DNA of 64,000 nucleotides from Candidatus Megaera sp. (GTDB lineage Bacteria; Pseudomonadota; Alphaproteobacteria; Rickettsiales; Rickettsiaceae): NCBI GenBank assembly GCA_965229545.1, contig OZ245887.1, positions 1,244,443 to 1,308,442 of the forward strand, read 5' to 3'. Shown piece by piece: positions 55,488 to 64,000 of this stretch (position 1 is its first letter; each line of letters starts with the position of its first letter). The notes under the pieces were generated by a model. It saw only the letters and a program-made list of their open reading frames with translations, ran no database searches and was not told where the DNA came from. The position numbers and the translations under genes were made by a program.

Positions 55488-56231
55488 ATGCAAAGACAAA
55501 TTGTTATTTTAGCTGCCGGAAAAGGTAGTAGGATGAAATCAAATCTACCTAAAGTGATGCACAAAATAGGCGATAAGACAATGCTTCAAATGGTAGTAGA
55601 TAATGCGTATGCTGTTACTAAAGATATTGTATTGGTATATTCAGATCACATAGCTAAATATTTATTTGCTTTTGAAAATCAGTGTAAGTTTGCTCTGCAG
55701 GATGAACAACTTGGCACTGCACATGCAGTTTGGGTGGCTAGTGCTTTGATCAATAATAATATACAAAATGCAGTGATCTATGGGGACAACCCGCTTATCA
55801 CCCCGGAAATAATTACAGAATTATTTAGTTATCTTGAAACTTCTAATTCTGCGATAGTAACATTAGCATTTGAGCATGAAGAACCAAATGCGTACGGCAG
55901 AATCATTCTAGATGAAGAGGGTAATTTTAAAAAGATAGTTGAATTTAAAGTAGCTACTGCTCTGGAAAAGAAAATAAAATTATGCAATTCTGGAATAATG
56001 GCTTTTGCCCCGGGTATTTTACAAAAATATTTACCTGCTTGTATTAATAGGTCTCGTGCTATTAATAATAGCGAATTATACTTAACTGAAATAATAGAAA
56101 TCTGTACCAGTGCTGGTGAAAAAGTAAGTTATTATACTTCTAAAACTCACTATTTAGTTATAGGGATAAATACCCAACAAGAACTTGAGGCAGCTAATGA
56201 GATTAGCAAGAATCGCAAATTTCTTCTATAA
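55488..56231 (+). CDS. glmU: UDP-GlcNAc pyrophosphorylase (uridyltransferase domain only)
   Basis: ILAAGKGSRMKSNLPKVMHKI, QLGTAHAV, YGDNPLI, YGRII, CNSGI, YLTEI. Confidence 0.88.
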   Translation: MQRQIVILAAGKGSRMKSNLPKVMHKIGDKTMLQMVVDNAYAVTKDIVLVYSDHIAKYLFAFENQCKFALQDEQLGTAHAVWVASALINNNIQNAVIYGDNPLITPEIITELFSYLETSNSAIVTLAFEHEEPNAYGRIILDEEGNFKKIVEFKVATALEKKIKLCNSGIMAFAPGILQKYLPACINRSRAINNSELYLTEIIEICTSAGEKVSYYTSKTHYLVIGINTQQELEAANEISKNRKFLL

Positions 56232-56279
56232 GAAAGTATAAGTAATTGAATAAAATTTTAACTAATATTCCCTTAAATT

Positions 56280-57652
56280 GAGTCTGTCATATAGTTTGTG
56301 TAAGTTGCAAAAGGATATAGTAGAAGATACTATAAAAAAGCAACTTAAATACAGAGGAAAAAATGGCTAAAAAATTAGCAGAAAAAGAAGTAGATATAAA
56401 TACTAAATTAGTCGAAGAATTACTATCAAAAGCAGATCCATCTGAATTATTTGGTCGCGGGTGGATTATTTAATAAACTTAAAAAGCAAATAATAGAGAG
56501 AATTCTTGAAAGTGAATTAGAACACGATCTAGGTTATTCTAAACATAGTAAGATAATCAAGAGCGATAATAATCGTCGCAACGGCAGTTATAAAAAAACG
56601 ATTATAGATGACGACGGTCATCAGATTACCGTAGATGTTTCAAGGGGACAGGGAAGGAGAATTTGAACCTCAATTGATTCCTGAAGGAGTTAGGAGATTT
56701 AGTGGTTTTGATGATAAAGTGATTTCACTATATGCAAGAGGGATGACTGTCAGTGAGATACATAGCCATTTAGAGGAGATATACCAGACCAATATTTCCA
56801 AGGACCTTATATCAACTGTCACTGACGGAGTAATAGAAGAAGTTACTACATGGCAAAACAGGTCCCTAGACGATGTATATCCAATATTATATTTGGATTG
56901 CATACACGTTAAAGCAAGGGATAATCATACAGTAATTAACAAAGCGGTATATCTTGCAATAGGTGTTAACATGGAAGGGAAAAAGGAATTACTGGGGATC
57001 TGGGTCGGTAAAAATGAAGGTTCCAAGTTTTGGATGCAGGTTGTAACTGAGCTAAAGAACAGAGGGATAAAACAGATATATGTAGCATGCGTTGATGGAT
57101 TAAAAGGCTTTCCTGAAGCCATAAATAGCATTTATCCTAATACGATTGTACAACTCTGTATAGTACATATGGCGAGGAGTTCTGTAAAATATGTTTCTTA
57201 TAAGGATTTAAAAGCGGTCACAGCGGATCTTAAAAGGATTTACACTGCCAAACAGCGAAGAAATAGGATATCTGGAGCTAAAATCGTTTGCTGCTAAATG
57301 GGATAATAAATATCCTGTGATCTCTGATATTTGGCAAAGGAATTGGAGCGGGATTATTCCTTTTTTTGCTTTTCCTGATGAGATTAGGCGGGTAATTTAT
57401 ACTACCAATGCGATAGAATCGATAAATCGTCAAATCAGAAAAATCATCAACAATAAAGGGGTTTTTCCAGATGATAAGTCTATTTTAAAAATCGTATTTT
57501 TGGCTCTAAAAAATGCTGCCAAAAAATGGACCATGCCGATTAAAAATTGGTCTTTGGCATTGAATCAATTTGAAATTTTATGCGGGGATTTTAGGCATGA
57601 TTTACTGGAATTAAAAAATACAACAACTTACACAAAATAAATTGATTGACTC
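56280..57652 (+). mobile_element. IS256-family element, transposase pseudogene (56363-57640, several frameshifts)
   Basis: IRs gagtctgtca...tgtgtaagttg / caacttacaca...tgactc; YLDCIHVK, KELLGIW, CVDGLKGF, YTTNAIESIN. Confidence 0.9.
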
Positions 57653-57721
57653 AACAACTTGCTATTAACTTATCAAGCTGCCTGATTTTTTACCACTGTC
57701 AGATCAAGTCGTAACTAGTAC

Positions 57722-58156
57722 ATCATCAAAACCACTAAATTTCCTAACTCCTTTAGGAATCAATTGAGGTTCAAATTCTCCTTCCCTGTCCCTTGAAACA
57801 TCTACGGTAATCTGATGACCGTCGTCATCTATAATCGTTTTTTCATAACTGCCGTTGCGACGATTATTATCGCTCTTGATTATCTTACTATGTTTAGAAT
57901 AACCTAGATCGTGTTCTAATTCACTTTCAAGAATTCTCTCTACTATTTGCTTTTTAAGTTTATTAAATAATCCACCCGCGACCAAATAATTCAGATGGAT
58001 CTGCTTTTGATAGTAATTCTTCGACTAATTTAGTATTTATATCTACTTCTTTTTCTGCTAATTTTTTAGCCATTTTTTCCTCTGTATTTAAGTTGCTTTT
58101 TTATAGTATCTTCTACTATATCCTTTTGCAACTTACACAAACTATATGACAGACTC
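57722..58156 (-). mobile_element. inverted partial copy of the same IS256 (left end + 5' transposase)
   Basis: Near-identical reverse complement of ~56280-56715. Confidence 0.9.
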
Positions 58157-58669
58157 ATTATCTCAGGAATACAACACTAGCTCATCCTGTTCTTCATTAT
58201 CATCTTCATCTAGTAGTAGTATGCCGTCATATTCGATTTCGTCATCATCGTCTTCTGGTAGTATGTCATATTCTCCCTCCTCCACATCGTCCTCTTTGGT
58301 ATCGGTGGTTGGGATTAGATCAGATAGAGAGGTAGTAAAAATGACGGGAAGTGCTCCAGGGACTGATCAACAACTTTCTTGGCATACAGTTCCTGTAATA
58401 GACTCATCAGATACGATCTCATTGGATAAATCCTTGTCAGGCGATAATGACTCGATTTTGGATCATTGATAAGTAAGGGGTTGGTAGTAAAGATAAATTT
58501 AATCCTATACTGGTGCGGAATGGCGCTATCCATTCCGTATTCTTTAGGGTAAGATAAGGTAATTGATCTAGTATCATGCTTAATTCAAGCTTTAGGGTAA
58601 ATTTTCCTATATAATACTTGCGTAGCAGCTTAAATTAATATATATTTGGCAAGTCTATCATATTAGGGA

Positions 58670-58746
58670 GGGGGTGTAGCTCAGTTGGTTAGAGCATCTG
58701 CCTGTCACGCAGAAGGCCGCGGGTTCGAGTCCCGTCACTCCCGCCA
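58670..58746 (+). tRNA. tRNA-Asp(GTC)
   Basis: gggggtgtagctcagttggttagagcatctgcctGTCacgcagaaggccgcgggttcgagtcccgtcactcccgcca. Confidence 0.97.
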
Positions 58747-60242
58747 CGTGGTACGATTATTGATTTTTTCAAATTCTGAGAACGGGAAAGCTAATGTATA
58801 ACATAGCTTACGGCCTTTTAGTTCTAGGTTCGCAAATATAAAATTCAGTAATTCCCTTTTTTCATTTACTGTCGAACTCTTGAAAGTTTCATAAGCTTGA
58901 GAGCTAATGTTTATAAGACCTATAAGCTTTTTTGAAAATTTATCATCTACTCTGTCGTAGCTTTTGAGTAAGTCACTTAATTCATATTGACGTTCTTTGA
59001 ATTTATTTTTTTATGTAAAAATTCTTCCCTTGTTAAAATTCCATCAGCTACCAGATCTATTAAATTATCAAGTTTATTTTGAATCGATGTATGTTCCTGT
59101 TTTAATGCATTAATTTCACGATTAAAATTATGTTTTTTCCTTCATTAACATTCATCAAATATTCAATTACCTGCTTTAATATATCAGGATTCTTTATTCC
59201 AAGGTTTTGTAAAATATCTTCAAGCTGTTTAGTTATTTCATCCTCTCTAACCCATAACTTCTTTTCCGAATTATCAGGATCCGATGTTCGTAAGTATGTC
59301 CCTCTGCCACTTTACCATTTGCATATTTCTTGGTTTTGGTATCAGAAGTTACCAACCGGCCGGTAATAGCACATTTTAATATACCCCTAAACAGAAATTC
59401 CTTTCCCCTATACTGAAAGGGTTTTTTATTCCATCCCATACGTACTGCCTCGCAAGCCTTAAATACTTCTCTAGTAGTAATAATCTCATGACGATGTGGC
59501 CATAATTCGCCTTTTACTCGCATTTCACCATAGTAGAAGGGATTCTGGATCATCCTATGTAAAACTGTCTTATTTATGTAATGACCATTTTTGCTACGTA
59601 AACCCCATCTTTTTGCTTTTAATACCATTTCAGATAAAGTATATGCTCCTGTTGCGTACTCTTCAAATATTTTTGTGATTAAAGGGGCCTTGATGGGATC
59701 AACTATAATTACTCCCCTACCGCATTCATCTCTTTTATTCAAATAACCAAGTGGTGCACTACCATACCATTCCCCGTGAACCTCAACTTTCTGTTTAAAA
59801 CTTTTTTTGACATTTTCAGTTAAGAGATCAATATGACATTTGGCAATAACGACTCCCATCCCCCACATCATTAATTCATGGGCAGTAGATTCCTGATGTA
59901 TAACGTAACTTTCACTATTAAAATGTAATTCCAGTTTACCTTTTTTAACTAATTCATCAAGTAAGGGAGTTTCTTTCTGGCTTCTTTGAATGCGATCTAC
60001 CTTATCGGCAACGAATGCTATAGGTTCACGATGCTATTTTATGAATTTGATAATTTCCATAAATTCCTTTCGATCACCCTTAGTTGAAGATTCAACTATT
60101 TTAAACTTCTTTAAAATATGTAATCCTTTTCGATCACAATATTTTCCAATCTTTCAGTCTGTACTTCAAGAGAATAGCCTTCCTGTTGATCTTTAGAGGA
60201 AACTCTGGATAAAATAACGGCTTTTATTGCTTTCTCTGCCAT
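58735..60242 (-). pseudogene. large serine recombinase, paralog of 52689-54230
   Basis: MAEKAIKAVILSRVSSKDQQEGYS..., ADKVDRIQR, APLGY, FRGILKCAITGR; frameshifts and stops; ends TWRE* inside tRNA-Asp. Confidence 0.88.
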
Positions 60243-60349
60243 AGTGTTTTTATCAAATTGATTTTTAATAACAAGTTATAAGCTAATTTGTAAATGTTAA
60301 AGCTATTTTTATCGAGGTTTTTCACATCAGAAACTAATTAATGGTCCTA

Positions 60350-60904
60350 AGAACATCTCTTGAAAGTTTTTTAAGGATCAGCTAGCGCCCTTCAACGTAA
60401 TAGCAATCATATCGAATGTTCATAGTCCCTTCATTTGCTTAAAATTATTAAACCAACCAAGAGTACTTTCAACTATCCTACGTTTAAGAATTACCTAAAA
60501 ATACATTTGATCAATAATTTTATGAGCAATTGCAAGTAAGCTTAAAGTTAAGTAAGATATTTTGCCCTAGTTTTTATGAGCACTTCTTTTGGCACCATCA
60601 CGATCCTGGAGGTTAAATACCTGTATTTCGCATGATAATGCTAAACCAGGAATATCTGTAGTTATATGACGATTTCTACCCTTAACTTTTTACCGGCATC
60701 ATATACTATAGATCCCCTTTTGACTAGTCTTAACAGATTGAATCTCGATAATTCTTACAGTCGGCGTTTACTTTTTAGCAACTTTCTCTCTGATCTATGT
60801 ATCCATATATTTCTTGATCTCTTATATTCGTAGGGTACATGCCTTCACGTATTAATTTTAAGCATTTTACCTTTTATGCCTGCAGAACTTTTAAAATAGG
60901 TTCT
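60350..60904 (-). mobile_element. IS5-family relic
   Basis: Fragments MYPTNIRDQE, YDAGKKVKGRNRHI, KRRIVESTLGWFN; weak terminal IRs. Confidence 0.5.
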
Positions 60905-61078
60905 GAGAGTTAATCCCAATTCTGATACATGAGTAAAAGTAATAACGTGTCAAGTTTTTAGTTAGAAAAATTGAGATGATTATTATAGGAGTTTATAAAA
61001 TAGAAAGTAATCGATGGATACTAACTAATTTATAATATAAACGGTATTAATAAAGAGCAAATAACTGATTTTGTCTAT

Positions 61079-61361
61079 TCAATCCAGCAAATCCTGTTTT
61101 ATTTGAAGAGCAATAATTTTTTGGCAAAAACCTATCAAGTTACGGGCTAATTTTCTTGATTCTTTTTCGTCTATTTGATCCGGACAAGATGCCAGGATAG
61201 TAGCTGCTATCCCATTAAATATTTCATGTTGTGACCTACCGGTTTTTATTGAATCAAGAAAATGCTCTTCTGTTACCGATAATGTTTTGGCAATAGGTGC
61301 CCTTTGTTTATGAGTTAAAGTAATTGTTGTAGTAGATTCGGTATACCTCGATTTTTTTCAT
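61079..61361 (-). pseudogene. small hypothetical protein with LARNLIGFC motif, frameshift in the 5' A-run
   Basis: Restored 93 aa MKKSRYTEST...ESRKLARNLIGFCQKII. Confidence 0.5.
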
Positions 61362-61395
61362 ATTGTTTACATCACTTATATACAATTTCTTTAGT

Positions 61396-62350
61396 CAATA
61401 GTTCAATAGGTTAATAGTCTTTGCAATCGGTATTTACGGCACGCAACCAAAATACCAGTAAGTTGCCCTGTTTAATTAACCTGAATGTGAGTATTTATAA
61501 GGATTTACGAATTTTATTTCCGTTAATTATTTAATGAGGTGGTTGCGCTGCTCGCAACCATTTTAAAATTCTTTGTAATTATCCTCAACCCGTGGTTTTC
61601 TATAGGGATAATTAACTTAAGATTCAGCATTTTATGCGTCTAGAAAAATTTCTTAAACTAGAGAAATTATCAATTCCAGAATTTGCAGAAATGATAGGTG
61701 TAAACAAGAGCGCAGTTTTCAGATATATACATGAAGATTCCATACCAAAAGCCCCGGTTATGACAAGGATTTACCTTGTAACAAGAGGAGCAGTTTCGGC
61801 AAATGATTTTTATAGACTGACTGATCAGATATTTGATGTGAAACTTGAAAAAAATATTCTTCCTAGAGAAGAATTACATGCTGATTCTTTTAGATAAAAG
61901 GTTGCGTCCGGCACAACTATTTAAAATAATTTTTGGCTTGTTTTAGGGAAGTCAATAGAATTTGCGGTTGCTTGTTATAAATCGTGGTTTTCAAGTATCA
62001 GCTATCCGGATATTCTTAAGAAATCACTTATAGGTTTTTATGGACTTATAGTTGTATAAAAAATCAGAAACAAACCAAGTATTAAGTAAAAATTATGACC
62101 TAGTTAAATAAACAAGATAAATGCCCGCCTAGTATCTTACTTGAGTCCTACAAAACCTGAAAGATATCTATGGCGAGCAAATAAGCAAACCTGAGTTTTA
62201 ACCAAACAAGATTGCAGATGTGACCATAACACAAAAAGCAGACGGGTGCAATAAAGCTACTGACCCGACTAAAAATAATTTACCTTTTTTCAATCTTACG
62301 GATCGATCTTTGCGCCACACCAATTTGGATTGCCGGAAGCAGTAATTATA
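61396..62350 (+). repeat. second copy of the 18221-19150 region, cut by IS630
   Basis: Collinear; homology stops exactly at the TA where the IS630 stub starts. Confidence 0.9.
61634..61897 (+). CDS. Cro/CI-like HTH regulator
   Basis: First ~69 aa identical to 18436-18747. Confidence 0.8.
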   Translation: MRLEKFLKLEKLSIPEFAEMIGVNKSAVFRYIHEDSIPKAPVMTRIYLVTRGAVSANDFYRLTDQIFDVKLEKNILPREELHADSFR

Positions 62351-62492
62351 TTACTCCGGCCTTTAAATATTGAACTAACATTAGAGAAATGATATAACGA
62401 TATTGTATCAAGAGTAATAACAAAATGTCTAATAAAAAATTATCACCAAGCGATCTCAAGATATTAAGAAAGAAAGCAGTGGAAGTAATAGT
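62351..62492 (+). mobile_element. IS630 left-end stub
   Basis: IRL plus the first ~23 codons of the transposase, ending at an internal TA. Confidence 0.9.
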
Positions 62493-62494
62493 TA

Positions 62495-63626
62495 TTACTC
62501 CGGCCTTTAAATATTGAACTAACATTAGAGAAATGATATAATGATATTGTATCAAGAGTAATAACAAAATGTCTAATAAAAAATTATCACCAAGCGATCT
62601 CAAGATATTAAGAAAGAAAGCAGTGGAAGCAATAGTTATACATGGAATAAGCAAGAAACAAGCATCTATTACCTTTGGGTTTTCTAGGAGTTCTATATGG
62701 AAATATCTTAAAGAGTACAAAATTTATAAGGAAGAAAGCTTTCGCTATAAGAAGCGAGGAGTAAAGGTAGGAACAGGATCTAAAATCAGTAAAAATCAAG
62801 AAGAGGAATTAAAATCTAAAATTTTATCACATACACCTGATGAATTGGGAATGGATTATACGTTATGGAATAGTAAAGTGGTACAAGAATATATAGAATC
62901 CAATTACCTTTATCAGTATAACAGGCGTTCTATAAGAAAAATTATGAATAGATTGGGTTTTACGTCTCAAAAACCAATTAAATCAGCCTATCAACGTAAT
63001 CCAGAGAAGATAAAAGAATGGTTAACAGTCACATATCCAGAAATCAAGTCTCGTGCAATGAAAGAAAGTGCTAGAATTTATTGGGGAGATGAAATGGGGA
63101 TACAATCAACAGATAATCGAGGTAAAACATATGGTCTTAAAGGCAAGACCCCAGCAATCAAGAGAAGTGGCTCAAGATTTAAATGTAATATGCTAGCTGC
63201 TATTAGTCCGCAAGGGTTTATGAACTGGATGGTATTTGAAGATAATTTTACCAGCAAAAAGTGTATTGAATTTTTAGGTAGACTGATCAGACAAATTAAG
63301 CAGAAAATATTTTTGATATTAGATAATCATAGAGTGCATCACAGTAAAAAGGTAAAAGCTTATGTAGAAAGACATAAGGACAAGCTAGAATTGTTTTATT
63401 TACCATCATATTGTCCTGATATGAATCCACAAGAACTTGTAAACCAAGATGTCAAAGCTAACTCCAATAATTTTCGAGTACTAAAATCAGTAAAAGATTT
63501 AACAATTAATGTACGGTCCTATTTAACACAAATTCAGTTTAATGGTATAAAAATTCAAAATTATTTTAAAAAGAAAGAAATAGCTTATGCTACTATATAA
63601 TGTTCAATATTTAAGGACCAAAATAA
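62495..63626 (+). mobile_element. IS630-family element, copy D (transposase 62569-63600)
   Basis: Intact ORF; diverged right IR gttcaatatttaaggaccaaaataa. Confidence 0.93.
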
Positions 63627-64000
63627 TACACTAACCAAGGTACGTGGCTGGCGTAAGAAGCTATCAAACTTACACATCTGTGGACTATAACATTCTCAAA
63701 ATATTGCTCAGATCCAGTAGTTTCTTCTGAAGGGAAAATAACCTCCGGAATGTTGAGTATATTAGTAGTTTTTTTTGCCGGTAGTTACGTAATTTTTTTA
63801 TATAATTTTTTAGCATAAACTTACTTTTTTACTTTTAGGTAAGTTGTTTATACTTTGTTAATCTCTTCGCACTAATAAATAAAATTAATATTGGGGAATT
63901 ATTTTTCTATAATCGGGTGTTCTTCTTTAAGTTGATTTCAAAAAATATTATATATATTATCTGGTTGTTAAAATTATAAATTTATAAGGAGAGCTAAAAT

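Larger units (their letters stand above)
58735..64000. mobile_element. second RAGE-family element (degraded) at tRNA-Asp; right end not defined
   Basis: Recombinase relic plus a copy of the 18221-19150 control/HTH region. Confidence 0.7.

Noticed and set aside
55488..56231. glmU truncated by the adjacent IS256
   Set aside because: The stop precedes the IS end by ~50 nt, and Rickettsiaceae natively encode a short uridyltransferase-only GlmU
58146..58469. Serine-rich 107-aa ORF on the + strand
   Set aside because: Shadow of a minus-strand acidic (D/E-rich) broken frame truncated by the IS256 end; it starts inside the IS IR

Overview
AT-rich Rickettsiales (Rickettsiaceae-like) chromosomal window. 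About 54 kb is one decayed RAGE-type integrative conjugative element with parB, a putative leading region, a relaxase-less split traA helicase/primase, an Rpn nuclease interrupted by a group II intron, a DnaA_N-type repA, an F-type tra operon (L,E,K,B,V,C,trbI-like,W,U,trbC,N,F,H,G,D) and a large serine recombinase abutting tRNA-Arg(ACG). A short core segment (lpxC, short glmU, IS256 relics) follows, then tRNA-Asp(GTC) carrying a second, related and more degraded element in mirror orientation. Four near-identical IS630 copies are present; three sit in repA, traB and traD. The most notable observations: (1) two diverged ~670-bp structured promoter modules, each driving small phage-like or LRR genes that point toward the presumed oriT, a candidate single-strand early-expression or anti-defence leading region; (2) a CE-clan (Ulp1-like) cysteine protease fused to an autotransporter barrel; (3) tandem TraN N-terminal cassettes with unrelated central domains. 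All coordinates, alignments and counts were done by hand, and family assignments come from motif recognition, not database searches.
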